Program-made: the position numbers and the translations under genes | Assembly (NCBI GenBank): GCA_020891255.1 | Contig: BQFW01000008.1 | Coordinates: forward strand, 496,001-560,000 | From: Entomortierella parvispora E1425 | Taxonomy: Eukaryota > Fungi > Mortierellomycota | DNA length: 64,000 nucleotides | Direction of reading: 5' to 3' | Notes under the pieces: generated by a model | Databases searched by the model: none | What the model saw: the letters and a program-made list of their open reading frames with translations, nothing else | Told to the model about the DNA's origin: nothing | Shown: piece after piece, positions 1 through 15,100 of the stretch | Layout of the letters: the number at the start of each line of letters is the position of its first letter | How positions within the stretch are numbered: position 1 is the stretch's first letter

Positions 1-1259
1 CTGTGTCCCAGAATAACCGCGCCACAGGAGCAGACACCACCAAGACGTTCGAGTTTTCCAACGAGCAGCGTCTTCAGTGTAACAAGTGCAAAAAAGTCCG
101 GTACTCTCATGACACCACTACAGCTCTTTCGATCGCCGTTCCTGCAAAAAAGAAAGCGAATGTCGAGGGCGATGACGAAGAATACGAAAGCGTCTCACTC
201 AAGCAGTGCCTTGACACGTACGTCGCGGAAGAGTTTCTTCCTTACAAGTGCCCTAGCTGTCAGGAGGACACGACAGCGACCAAGTAAGTATTAGAGTCGG
301 AGAATCCAGCTTGGTACCGCTCCTTGAAGGGCCAATATCAGCAGAATCCATGGCTAACACTTCCATTTGTGCTCTGTTAGGACAAACCGTTTTGCCACAT
401 TCCCTGAGGTCTTGGTGCTCAACATGCGTCGCTTCCAGTACCAAAACTGGGTCCCTAGAAAACTATGTAAGGCGTTATATTGCGTTTGTGAGCTTGTAGT
501 TATTTTCGACTGGACTCGATGCTTCTCGGTTCTAATCATTCTTGATTGTACGATCTCTTTGCAGCCGTCCCAATTGTTTTCCCTGAAGGTCAAATCGATC
601 TTGAAGAATACCGTGGCCGTGGCCAGCAACCAGGCGAAGAGTCGTTGCCGGAGGATGCTCCAGCGGCCAGCGCCTCTCAAGGACCGACTTTTGATGAAAC
701 CGCATTGGAGCAGTTGCAGATGATGGGGTTCCCATTGATCCGGTGCCAGAAAGCGCTTTTGGCCACCAACAACCAAGGATCTGAAGTGGCGATGGATTGG
801 CTTATTCAACACATGGAAGACCCTGATATTGACGCTCCTCTCGTTGTTGCTGGAGGTGCTGATACTTCAGCTAACCCAGAGCAGATCGCCCAATTGGCAG
901 ATATGGGCTTTACCGACAAGCAAGCCAGGAAGGCCCTCAAGGAGACTGGAGGAAACATGGAGCGTGCTGTCGAGTGGCTTTTTAGTCATATGGACACTCC
1001 AATGGACGATGACGAAGATGCAACTGCCGCACCATCGGCTTCAGCTGGAGCGGGAGCTCTTGCTGGTGATGTGACGAAGCAAGGGCACTACCTGCTAGCG
1101 TCGTTTATTTCACACAAGGGACCGTCAGTCCACTGTGGACATTATGTGAGCCATATCAAGAAGGGCGACCAGTGGGTCTTGTACAACGATAACAAGGTTG
1201 TGGCGGATCCTAAGCCTCCAGTGGGTGATGCGTACATGTACTTCTTCAAGCGGCAGTGA
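1..1259 (+). CDS. UBP14: Ubiquitin C-terminal hydrolase 14 / isopeptidase T (USP5/13 family), 5'-partial
   Basis: Exons <1-283, 381-466, 565-1259 (GT-AG, frame kept). Shows CNKC...CPSC Zn motif, FPEVLVLNMRRF, two UBA domains (LQMMGFP; LADMGF..QARKAL) and the His box SHKGPSVHCGHYV...WVLYND. Confidence 0.95.
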
Positions 1260-2646
1260 GTGCAAACAGAATAAAGAATCATGGACTCCACACGTGATGG
1301 TTTTCCTCGGCAAAAGAAAAAAAAAAGAAAATTGTCCATCCGCCTGTTCTTTCCAAATCGGTGTCGCTCTTTCAAACCAATCACTGGGGTGAAAAGGCAC
1401 TCGTTGTACCCTACACCCAGGGTGCTCAATCTGTGTTCCCAGGGATAGGCACCACCCGGCCAGGGCACTGCCAGCACACAGCAGAAGCCCATCTTTCGAT
1501 CTTACTCGTACTGCATTCGTCGCGGATGCCAGCCTTTGACTGACGAAAATATCTGCGTGCCACCTTGGTCTTTGCTGTCATCTGTCATCGGTGAGAGGTG
1601 TTGAGTGATAGTGAGGAGTGGAAAGGATGAGCCAGGGTTGTGCTCACCTAAAAGGTGGCTCTGAAGAAGAGCTACATATCAGGGCAATTCCGTTAGAAAC
1701 TCTCGATTGTCATTAAAGTCTATTGAATTGAGCTTGCCACTTTACTTTCTGCAAGGTGAGCTATGGTCGACAAGAACATGGACAAGAATGAATGGGTATT
1801 GATGAGGGGTCGAGAGTCCGAGGGTACTATGGGACGAGTTCGATCCATTGAAGTTAGTGAAGGAAGTGAAGGGAAGAGAGCGCATCAATAAGGTTGGTTG
1901 GTCAATTCGCTAGTGTACCCAATCGGTGAGAATGGTGCTGAGGGCAAGAGAAGAGGCATTTTCTCAAGACAGTTCTATGACCACCAACTAGGAAGGACAT
2001 GATGATAGAACTGGTTCAGGAACTCGAGTCGATAAATTGATTGATGCATGTCTTTCATTACCAGTGGGCCATTGACACCAACGATGCACCAGATCCACGC
2101 ATGCACGTACTTGTATTTTTACACGCACCCACACATCCACAAACACCACGCAGAGAAAGAAGGGAAACAGCGAAGCAAAAGTGAGTTTGAGCTGGTGCGG
2201 AGATGGTGGTCAATCGAATATAGGTTTGATTAGCGGCTACGGCCAAGCAAGCAGGGTGACCCTGGTGGTGCAACGCAGGCGCGAGATTAGGCAGTTGGGC
2301 AGACAGATGATGAGAGCAATTTGCTCAAGGGCAGACACGACACGCCTATCAACAAGAGTGAAGGGTGAACAATACAACAGCATACCGCTGGCTGATCAGG
2401 GCCAGCGACTGCCCTGACTGGACTGGTTGCATCATCTCTGCATCGTCGTCCTTCATCATTCCATCAGAGTTTCCCTTTCTCTTTTTTGACTTTGGCTCAT
2501 CAGACTTCCTCGCCTACTATATATATAGACGGTTGTGACCCGCTCCTGCTTTTTTTTTTTTTGCTTCTTTTCTTCTTTCATCTTCATTCCTCTCTCCATC
2601 CCTCATCTCCCCTCCACCTTCTCCCCTTCACATACCCTACTACATC

Positions 2647-4163
<1,517 letters not shown>

Positions 4164-4839
4164 AAAACACAACCCCAGAAACTGAGAGCCGTTTGTGAAG
4201 CAGGGCCTCATTTTGTAAATTTATATAGACTTTCTCTGCTGTTCTCATACCCGTAGCCCTATTAAAAAAACAATTATTCAACAAACAATGCGAGAGGACT
4301 GAAGGGAGGAGTCATGGTGAGTGGCAAATAGCAATGAGCAGCAGTTCTGTCGAACATGCAAGCCATAGGTTTGTTCCCAAGCCTTCGGTGCATCAAAGGA
4401 ACGTGGAGCCGTCACCTGCCAAACAAGGCAGTCAAAGAGCAAACGCGCTCTGAAAAATGAACCTGTCTCCCGCGCGTTCAATATTTTGTGCTGGCGGTTG
4501 TGCTGGACACAACCAAGTGAGCCTTTTGTCGCCACTCTCTTGGTCCGTTGTCTTCGTGTATTCCACCGTTGTCGTGGTCAATGTTCTTGCTCTCGCTGTT
4601 TTTCTTGTTGTTGTTATTGCTGACGATGTTGCTGTTGCTTTTGGTGCTCCCCCGTTCGCTGCTTCTTTTCTTACACACCTTCTCCTTTCCTGGCTCTTTT
4701 TCTTATTCTCAACGAGAACAACCCACCTACTCCACCCATTCGCCTCCACCCCTTTTCTTCACCACCTAGACTGTCTGCAGAGTGCTGCACGCAGTGTTTT
4801 ATTACACTACCTTCCTTTTTTTTTTCGCGGAGACAAACA

Positions 4840-7313
4840 ATGAGTGTCCACAGGAATCAGAGCAGTCGTGCAAGGGACAACCGAAACGGGGCTACGATCC
4901 TTGGCAGGCATGGAAACTATCCTGACGGTGAGGGTCAAAGAAGAGGAAGGGGAGGCGGCGACGAAAGCGGTGGTGGCTTCTCCTCGAACTCAAGCCAATT
5001 TCAGCCGCACCTGTACCAGCACCAGCACCAGCAAAACCCATACCACTCGAACGCGGCCGGGGCTGGGGCTGGCTCCTATTCACATTCAACATCTCTTTTG
5101 CCCCATTCGCCTCATTCCAACCTTTTCCATTCCTCATCGGCATCAGATTCCAGGCAACAACTTCAACAAGGGTCTTCTCAGCGACAGCAACCGCGCCAGC
5201 CACAGCAGCAGCAGTATCAGCAGCAATACCTACAAGAGCCAAAGCTGTCCTATGTGCAGCACGCCGACTTGATCCCTCCTCCTTCTCCAACCTATTTCGA
5301 AATGGTGGGCCCACACCGACAGTCAATGGGGATAATGGCTCTTAGTGGCGACGGCTCCGTGGCGCCACTCACACGAGGAGCGACTACAGAGAGAGATTTC
5401 GACCGACTGGAATTCATTCATTTCCAACGAGCGAACGAAGAACCCAAGGTCGAGAAGAATGCATTGCCAGAGAACATCTCGTGGCATCAGCGGCTCAGCA
5501 TCTGGATGATCAATGATGGTAAGATGCAGACATGAGAGGTGGAGAGGTGGGGCACAGGCACACAGGCACAGGCACGCAAAGACAGAGAGCCCCGCCTGCT
5601 GGACTTCTTTGACCTGATAAAGGAAACGCGCGTCCGAGCGCTCTCGGACACTAATTTAATGGCAATTTTTGATTCTTCCTCTGCTTCTCGACAGGGTCTC
5701 GCGTCTTTTTTGGTTTGTGGGTCCTGATCCATGTCTGCCTCTTTGGCCTCGCCTTCTTCAACTACCAGTACTCGGACAACTTTGTGAATGCTCGAGCCAT
5801 GCTGGGCCTCACCCTGCCCATCGCCCGAGGTGCCGCCTTGGTCCTGCACGTGGATTCTGGCATGATTCTATTTCCAGTCTGCAGAACACTGATCTCGTGG
5901 CTGCGATCCACGCCTTTGAACCGGATCGTGCCTTTTGATAAGGCCATCGCCTTTCACAAAGCCATTGCGTGGAGCATTGTCTTTTTCACCATAGTCCACA
6001 CCATCTCTCACTATATCAACTTTTGGAAAATGTCCAAGGCGGACCCACAAAAGTACCAGTTCTGGAACTTGATGTTTGTCTCTGGACCTGGACTTACTGG
6101 TCACTTCATGTTGCTCTTCTTGATCGTCATGGTAGTCACATCGATGCCATCGGTCCGAAAGGCCAAGTTTGAGGTCTTTTGGTACTGGCACCACCTGTTC
6201 TTGGTCTTTTTCGGTGTCTTTTCGATCCATGGAGCGTTCTGTCTGCTTATACCGGATCGACCTCCATATTGCAAGGACATTGCGAGCTTTTGGAAGTACT
6301 GGATTGCGAGTGGAACGATCTACTTGCTGGAGCGGATGATGAGGGAATGGCGTGCGAGTCAAAAGACCATCATCTCTCGAGTCATTCTTCACCCTTCTCA
6401 TGTCGTCGAGATTCAGATGAAGAAGGACAACTGCAAGGCCCTGGCGGGCCAGTACATCTTTTTGTGTTGCCCCGAGGTCTCTCTTTGGCAATGGCATCCA
6501 TTCACGTTGACGAATGCGCCAGAAGAGGATTACCTGAGTGTACACATCCGTGTCCTGGGCGACTTTACAAAGGAGTTGAGTCAAAAGCTCGGCTGTGATG
6601 TGGGCGGTGTAGGCGAGTGGGAAGAGAACCTGGGGGACCGTAACGGTCTGGTCACGGTTCTGCCACGGGTCATGATTGATGGTCCGTTTGGGGCGGCTTC
6701 AGAGGACGTGTTCAAATACGAGGTGACGGTCCTGGTAGGAGCCGGTATTGGCGTGACACCGTTCGCATCGGTGCTCAAGAGTATCTGGTACAGAGTCAAC
6801 TATCCGACCAAGGCCACCAAGCTCCACAAGGTGTACTTCTTTTGGATCTGTCGCGACAAGGAATCGTTCGAATGGTTCCAGTCTCTGTTGCTCGCGTTGG
6901 AGTCTCAAGATTTGAACCATTTCATCGAAATCCACACCTTCTTGACGGGTCGACTGAGGCATTCGGAGGTGGGCAACTTGATGCTCAATGAGGAAGGAGC
7001 GTTTGCGGACACGGTGACGGGTCTGAGGGCCAGGACGTGTTTTGGACGACCCAATCTTGAACAAGAGTTTGATCGGATCCGAAAACAACACCAGGACACG
7101 GATATTGGCGTCTTCTTTTGTGGGCCCAAGAAGATGGGCAAAGAACTGCATGCTTGCTGCACAAAGTTCAGTTCAGGCACTGCGCAATTTGTCTGGCACA
7201 AAGGTAAAAAAAAAGATGAATCTGATCCATGCAAGATCTCAAATTTCCATTCCTGTGGAAGCTGACTCTCTTTTTCTGTTTTGTTCTTGTCGGTCATTGT
7301 AGAAAACTTTTAA
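4840..7313 (+). CDS. noxA: NADPH oxidase catalytic subunit (NoxA/gp91phox-like), ~732 aa with a long N-terminal extension
   Basis: Exons 4840-5518, 5695-7203, 7303-7313. Heme His pairs (FHKAIA..IVHT; WHHLF..SIHG), FAD motif QWHPFT, NADPH motifs LVGAGIGVTPF and VFFCGP, canonical end HKENF. Confidence 0.93.
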
Positions 7314-7644
7314 GCCGTGGAACTTGCCTACACGAGATTGCACGCAGTCCAGATATCTCCTTCATTGCACTCCCTTTCAAGACCTTCCGAGCTTCCGGCT
7401 CTCAAAACTTTACCTGCCATTACAAAAAGAAGCAATAACAACAACAACAACAAAGCCTGGAAAAAAAAAGGGCTGTGCGAGGGTGTTTGTATGGGGAGGA
7501 ATGGAGAGCAGGTTTATTTTCCTTCTGCCTTTCAGAAGTGAGAATGATCGTTCATGTCGTTTTTACCGCCTAGGTAGGTGGGGTGTGGTGCTATGCTTGG
7601 ATCAACTCGCGTTTTTCTTGTGAGAGAAGAGAGAGAGAGATGCT

Positions 7645-8097
7645 CTACTGGTCCTTGGGGTTGACGACCTCCTCCACCTTGTTGAGATCGAATCCCAACT
7701 TTGAGAACAGTCGGTGGTAGAAGGTGTCCTCCTTCATGAACTTTCCTTCCTCTCGGTTGTGGAAGAGAGTCAGGTACGTGAAGGAGGCATCAGCTGCAAT
7801 GGCGCCTACAATCACGGTCGCAATGGTCAACTTGCTCTGACCCTGGAAAATCATGGTGAAGAAACCAGGTTCCTTTTCGACCTTCGGGTTGGACGACGAG
7901 GACGAGGTAGTCGACTTTCCTGCAGGGTCAGCACCGGATTTGGGTATAGGAGGTGACGCAGTCGAAGTCGACTTGTTGCGAAGAGTCATTCTGGCTCCAG
8001 CGGCAGCGCGAGAAGAGGTGACTGTCACGAGGTTGGCTCCAGGGCGAGCGAGGAGCGGGGTCCTGAGAAGAGTGAGCGAAGCGCGGTTGGCAAACAT
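7645..8097 (-). CDS. Small hypothetical protein (150 aa), probable mitochondrial single-pass membrane protein
   Basis: ATG at 8097 opens an Arg/Ala/Leu-rich, acid-free presequence-like N-terminus (MFANRASLTLLRTPLLARP), then a Ser/Thr linker and one hydrophobic segment (LTIATVIVGAIAADASFTYLTLF). No family recognised. Confidence 0.7.
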   Translation of the reverse strand: MFANRASLTLLRTPLLARPGANLVTVTSSRAAAGARMTLRNKSTSTASPPIPKSGADPAGKSTTSSSSSNPKVEKEPGFFTMIFQGQSKLTIATVIVGAIAADASFTYLTLFHNREEGKFMKEDTFYHRLFSKLGFDLNKVEEVVNPKDQ

Positions 8098-11000
8098 GGC
8101 TTTTCTTTGTTGATTGCTTTTTTTTCGTTCCTGTTTGGCTCTTGATGTTGCTGATGTGAGATAAAGAGAAGTTTTGGAGGCACAAAGTAGAATGGGTATG
8201 GGTGTTTTATATCTTTGGAGGGCGAAGCTGAAAATGTCTTTTGGGTGTCTGCGGTCGTGGGCTGGAGGGAGAGGCACATGTTTTCCGAGAATGGGAATAA
8301 AATTTAGTCGCGTTGTACTTGATACCTCACTGTGAGGTCTGACCTCCTCATTTCCCCGAAGTTGAGGCTGTTGCGGACTTTTTTCGGTTGTCACGAAACG
8401 GTTATCCGAGATTCTTGAAGAACTCAATTGCTTCAGGAGTGTCGCGCGATCACTTTCTTCTCGAGTTTCCATGAAAAAAACACCAAAAAAGATTGGCCAG
8501 TCTCGCTTTCTTTCCCTCTCTTTCTCTTCGCTTTTGACGTTCCCGATAGATCTGTTGACCTTTGAATACAACCACCACCTCAATACAATTACCTCCTATT
8601 ATTTCTCATGTATTTGATTTTCTTTATTATAGAAGGCCAGGAAGGTGTTCCCCATAGTGCGTTGTATGTCACCATGCCTGCAGGACAAAGGTCCTGTCTT
8701 GGATCGCGTTCGACGTGTCACTCATCGTTGCATCTTCCCAGTCAATCCTATCCACTTCTACGGGTTGTTTCAAGGACGTTTCGAGATAGGAAAAAGAGGA
8801 GAACGCAAAGGCCTAGAGCATGGGTGAAAGGTAAAAAATATATACATACGCGTCGCGCATGGCTAGGCTGGGCTGTGTTTTTGGTGTTTTGGACCTGTTT
8901 TCAAGAAAACGTATCTATGGTGCAGGGGGTTTCCCAGAGACTTGCTATCGTAATGATGGCATCCTCAGGACCAAAGGGGTGGGGGTGGGGAGAACATGTT
9001 CAACCGTTCCACCCCAAGATTGTCCTCTGTGCATCGTGAAACCTGGTCACAGCCAGACCACACCATGTCCCCACCCCCCAACTGGATGGACCACACTATT
9101 AACATAGACTGAGAGCCAATCTCAGTCGTGGGTGGGAATGGAGGACGAACGATTGAAGACAATGGCCTGGAGGCAATGGGCACCCAGGAACCGCCTCCAC
9201 AATGGTGAGTAGGGAAGCGGAATATGGAAAGGACGTTTGGAACCGGTGTTGTACCTAGATGTGGTTTGCTGCAAACACCTCGATTTTTTTTTGTGGAGTA
9301 CAAGGTCGGGATGAAGTGAAGGGAACTCTTGGCACCGCTTCCCTGGTCATCGTCTGTCCCCAGTCAATCGTTCGAGGCGTGGGGCATGCAAAGTCCGGAG
9401 TCTAGGAAGATGAACAGGTCATTTGCAATAGAGACTTTCTTAGTGGGTTAGAGAGGTATTTTGGAACGCGCAGTCTACTCTGGAAGAGGAAAAAAAGAAA
9501 TGTGTGTGTTCGCGGCAAACAGAAAGAAGAGAGAACGCGCTCCCATGCGCGCGCTGACAATACATTTCTCCCTTGTTCATTTGCGAAGAGCCAAACCACA
9601 TTCATGGGTACCACCAAATTCCTTGAAATGACGGTCCCTCCCCATATTTCAAGGCTGACCAAAGACCGAAATCGATAGTCAATCATATTACAGGAGATTC
9701 AAAAATAGGTGTGCGTGGAGGGTTTTATTATTTTTTGCCGCCGATCCGGGAGAAAGAAATGGAGGAGGAGAGGACGTCATTGTGTGGGAGATGAATTGAG
9801 AGAAAGAGCGCGGGAGATGGAGAAGACGAGAACAATGAAACGTAATGAACGCGATAGTCAGGATGCATACTCTGATGTGGCCCGGCCAAAAAAAGAGTAG
9901 AATACACGGCTCAAAATCGATCTGGCTGGACAGAATCGATCTGACTGGACAGAAGCTCTTGTCCCCTCTTTGGAGGGCGTGTGTGCATGGCCGTTCGAGA
10001 ATGTCGCCAAGGGGTACATTATGTCAGTTTTTTGCTGACGCTTCTGGCAAGCATCTTTTTTGATCTCATAATGACACCAAGGAACCAAGGACAGCGAGTC
10101 TGCAAGGAGGTTGCGAAATCGAGAAAAAAGTTTTTTGGGCCAACCTCCCCCCCCCCCCCCTCCATTCTTCATTTTATTGGTGAGCCACAGAGAAAGGGAG
10201 ATCTAAATGTGAAGGGGGCGCGAAGGAGGAAGGAGGACGAGCGGGAAAGAAAGAAAAAAAATTGAGAAAGAGAGACAGGGATGAGATCATTTTGTGTTTG
10301 CGCCTTGCGAGAGAGTCTGGTCAGCATTGGTTTTGTTCGATCTTTGCCTGCATGCAACCTGCACTCTTTTCACGATACAAAGAAGAAAGAATAAAACGAG
10401 AACTCAGAAAAAGCAGGTTCTGATTCTACTCTTTCCGCCCCGAGGCCGAGCGATGGAGGGCCTGGATGGATTCTCACCATCGTCATGAAGCCACGCAAAA
10501 AAAGAGCGAGGAAGACTTGGACACACAGGTACATCTGGAGTACGTGCATGTTCTCTGTCGTCAAGGCCAGCCAAACAAGCCATCTTTTCTTGGGTTAATG
10601 GGCGAGGCGATGGACAAAGAGAAAAATAGCATCGGACGAAAAAAGGGACCTTGGGAGGGGTGCGAGCTGAGCATGCGGGTGCACTTGTGTGATTGGATTG
10701 GACTTGAGAGATTGGCTGACCATGACCACGGCCCCTGGCCCATGGTCTGTTGTCCACGATAGACACCCTGGCCAACCTCGCGGCACATCAGAGCAACAGT
10801 CAGGACAACAGACGTGCTGGCGCACGGGCAGGGCACGGATTGTTTCCCTTTTGTCGCTCTGGTTTGTGCGCTCTCGGGAGTATTTCAGAGGGCACAAAGG
10901 GGTACCGTTCGTCTGTCTTCTCCATCCCTCTTCTTGTCCTCCTCGCATTGCATTCATTCATTCCCTTGACGGGGGCTCTTCTTCCCATTGCATCATTCCT

Positions 11001-11819
11001 CCTCCTCCTCCTCCTCTTCCTCCTCCCTCTGTTGCAATTCATCCCATCCCGTCATCGCATCTGCTTTCTTGTTTTTTCTTTTCTGAATTCACGTCCTCCA
11101 CCTGCCCATTCCTTGAACCACCGCACAAGCGCAAAGCCAGGGGAAGAAAAAAAAATCGATCCGAAGCACCACACATACACGCATACCTCGCCCTTCTTCT
11201 TTCCTTTGTCGAGTCGTCTTCCCTCTTCTCGAGACTCGATCCACCTTTCCATCCATACACCTTCAGCAAACATCACAAAACGAGGTAAATAATCACCCCC
11301 AAAGACGAGAGCGCGAACCTTTCACTCTCCACACGCGTTCGCGTTCATGTCGCGCCAATCGGGCCCACCTTTTCTGCAAAAGTGGCGGATCCTTAACCGA
11401 TCGCCGTCACCACGCATCTTGCAGTCGACCCCCCCCCCGCCACACCTTTTCTCGGTCCCCAGGTGCTTCTTGCCTCATCAAACCACCTCTCCCTGCCTTT
11501 CTCTTCCCCTTTTCGAACACGCGTTGTCTGTGCCTGCAGTTGATCTGCGTCTGCAAAGACAACAGACAGCGCCTTGTCCTCTCAGCACCACCACACGCAC
11601 CCATCATCAGCAGCCAAAGACCCGTCCAGACCCGACAGCGAAAGACCAAAGATATGATCTTGTGTCGATGTCGAACCAATAGATCATTGCGAAACGAGTT
11701 GTGTCATGATCAACCAAATTGGACCCTCTCTTTCCCCCATGTTTTTTTCCCTGCTGCTTTTCTCGGCTTGCACGGTGTGGAGCGGGATGGGCGGGAGGAA
11801 AAGAGGAGAAAGGCAGGGC

Positions 11820-11844
11820 AAAAAAAAAAAAAAAAAAAAAAAAA
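11820..11844. repeat. Poly(A) tract (~25 nt) upstream of the RasGEF
   Basis: Read directly. Similar long A/T homopolymers occur at 19904-19929, ~35465-35484, ~38060-38088, ~55497-55515 and ~61683-61708. Confidence 0.9.
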
Positions 11845-12132
11845 GGACGGAGAGCTCGCCCCGAGACCCTGTCCTCGGTCGGTGTTGTTTTATTTTTTGC
11901 TCAGTTCGCCCATTCTTCCTTCTTCCTCGACGGGGGTGATTCCCCTGCAGTCGCATGTCTGCTCTTGCTCAAGACTTTCCTTGGTCACCCCTTTTTTTTG
12001 CGCAAACTCTTCTCAAAGGGATCAAGCGCTTCCTGATCAATAGCATCTGCACAAAGTCTTGTGGACTTGCCTTGTTCGCTTTCTGACTCTGTTTTTACCT
12101 TTGTCCGTTAAAATGATACACTTAGCCCGCCC

Positions 12133-15100
12133 ATGGCGACCTCTGGCGCGGGAGCGATTGACGAAGAGCGAAAGGTGATTGAGACGAAGGAGCCTTCCGT
12201 GACCTCACAACGGCCTTGCGTTACCCCGCCTTCACCTTCACCTTCCCCAAAGCCCACCAAAGAGATTGCACCGCAGGAACAAATGATTGCAGAGGACAAG
12301 CCAGTGCAGATGGCAACACCTTCTGTGACCCCATTATCATCATCAATATCACAGGTGGAAGGCGGCTCAATTGCTCACAAGGACCAGGACAACAACGATG
12401 ACTGTGGTAAGGAGCGTGCTCTTCATGGCGACACCTACGCATCTGAAGGAACACGTTTTTCGCTCTCAGCGGACCTTGTGTCCAGTCGTGCCACATCGCC
12501 TGTCGTTGTTGCCCCGCTGTCGATGCAGTTCCCTGTACTTTTACCATCGCTGTCTGAGGGCTCGAGCGATCTGGATGAACAGGAACCCAGAGTCTCTAAT
12601 TTGGTTCACAAACAACAGATGCAGCAACAACAACAAAAGGAAGAGCAAGGGGATGCTAATGGTTTATCACAGTGCCTGGGAGATCAGGGACACGTTGTAC
12701 CACCCTATTCTTCTTTTGTTGTGCCTCTCAGTCTTGTTACTTGTGAGGCAGCGACAGCGGTGGCCCATCCAAGGGTTGAGCAGAGTGACCATGGTACGCC
12801 TCCTCCTGCATCGCCAGCCCAGACACAGCTCGAGCATCGTGAACAGTCCGCCACCAACGAAAAGATAGTTTTCGAAGCGACAGAGGTCGAAGATGCCTCA
12901 GTTGGGAAGGACGACAGTTCAGTCGCACAGACGAAATGTGTGCCCCCTAAAACACTCTTTTCCGCTCCCACCAGCAGGCAAGATTCGCACTACCGCAAAT
13001 CAACAGCGCTGCCACCCCTGAACACAATGACAGTGGCGGCTCTTTCACAACCACCTCCAATCCCATCCACCACCTTGTCCGACACAAACACAAGACTCCC
13101 CAACTCAATTGCTACCACATCAACGACAACAGCGGCTGCAGGCGTTCGAAACATTGGCGTTCCGACCCTGTCAACCGGTCGAGCTCAATCGTCGCCACTT
13201 TACTACTCGTCTCCACTGCCAGCAATATCACCACTTTTCCCCAGAGAAAACCCTGTCTCTGCTCTCAACTCTCGTGCCGCGCCTGCTAACGACAACAATA
13301 TCAACAATAACAGTAACAATGACAGCAGCAGTCATAACAACAACAGCTTCTTTATATCCCATGGCACAAACACTTCTGGAGAAAACAACCTTTCTTTCGC
13401 TTCTGCTGCCTCTGCCTTGACCTCGGCGTCAGTCTCTGTCTCGACTTCTCCGTCCTCTCCGACTGACGAACTGGCTTCACCTTGGATCTTGCCCCCTATT
13501 CCCGACTTTTCAGAGTTTGGTCTGACATTTGACAAAAGCAGAACCAGCAGCACGAACAGCATGAAGTACAGACGGAACAATACCGGCACCAACAATAACA
13601 CACCAACGCAGGGTCATTGTTATCAACTTGATTCTGCTTTTCCAAACGGCAAAGACAGAGTGGCATCACTGGAGAGCACCCCGACGGTATGCCAAGACAT
13701 GTTTCCGCTTCAAGGATCAGTATCTCGTAGACAACAACAACAGCGGTATCAAAGATTTGGAGCAAGGGCTGCACAATCAATACCGGACTACGACCCTTCC
13801 ATTTTCGATCACATTCAAGCGGACGATGACGATACCTATATCCTCTGGAGCACTCCCAATTCAGAAGCGGCAGGTAACCTCAGCAGCAGCGGTGGGCCAC
13901 TTAGTCCTACACCAGTATCGTCATCCTCATCACAGGCAGCGCAACAGCAGGCAAGCATTCCTTTTTCAGAGTCCAGTGGATCGTCTGGCAAAAGATGGTC
14001 CGCTGGAGAGCCTATTCGAGGAAAAGAAAAGGGAAAAGGTCTACAGGACAACGACGTTGGTGGGAGACCATACCACACTAACGGCAATGGATTAGAGGTA
14101 CCACCACCAGCGTCCAGTGTACCTTCATCCCCGACAGCATCCCGAGCCTATCACTCTCAACCCTTGACCTCTCACAAGTCAGGAACAGTCCAAGGAGGTG
14201 CAGGTGGTCCACCACCAACTGTCAGGACGAATCCAGGATCACTCAACGCAGGGGGATCTGGTCAACAGGCACTTTTGCCCGAAAATCGAGTGCTCATGGC
14301 AGCTACAGTGGAAAAGTTGGTGGAGAAGCTCACTAGCGATATTGGTAACAAGAGAGGATATTCTATGTAATTTCAGACGCGATTTCTTTCCTGCATCCAA
14401 AACTCACTCTTGTTTGTCTTGTTTCCGCAGATTACACGTTCTTGACGGATTTTTTCTTGATCTACCGACTGTTTATTCCGCCATTGGCCTTGTTGAAGCT
14501 GCTCATGGCTCGGTTCCGGTGGGCTTTGTTAGAGGATTCGCCTCAACGACAAATTGTTCGAGTCAGGACTTTCGTCACTCTTCGGCATTGGCTCTTGAAC
14601 TACTTTGAGTTTGAGTTCACGGAGTCCCGTCTGCTCAGGCGGACTCTCACACTGGGACTGCGTGACCTCGCTAGTCATCCTATTGTCCAGTCTAGCGTTC
14701 GAGATCAAAGAATCGTGGAAGAGCTCAGGAAGCACTTTCAACGGAAAAGGAAGGCGCACTGCAGGGATATGGCTCAGATGGCACTGGAACGAGCTCAATC
14801 CTCAGGCCCACGCAGAAGAGGAGCGTCCGTGCAGTATAGCGGCCGTCATCCTCGCACAACCAATTTGGGTAAGATTTTTGGGCTTTTTTTGTTCAAAATA
14901 TGATGACCCATTGCGGGTCAAATTTTACACCTTTGCTAACGATCCGAGCATTCTTCCTTTCTATCGGTATAGAATGGGCTGAGAGCGCAATGTCCAGTAA
15001 ACGCTCAAGTCTGGATGCCGGAAGGATCAAAAACCGGAGGCAAGCGTACTTTTCTGGGGCAAGGGACGACTCGGCGATTGAGTACTGTGCTACAGGACTG

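Noticed and set aside
1765-1895. 42-codon ATG ORF (MVDKNMDKNEWVLMRG...)
   Set aside because: Too short, with no motif or splice support.
8620-8850. Minus-strand protein-like fragment (LKQPVEVDRIDWEDATM) near a GTATGT donor
   Set aside because: No splice combination gave a consistent ORF with a start codon.
9107-9127. Hairpin GACTGAGA-GCCAA-TCTCAGTC
   Set aside because: An 8-bp stem is expected by chance in 64 kb, and there is no supporting RNA context.
10689-11292. Overlapping 180-199-aa ORFs upstream of the RasGEF
   Set aside because: Derived from CT-rich low-complexity leader sequence; no motifs.
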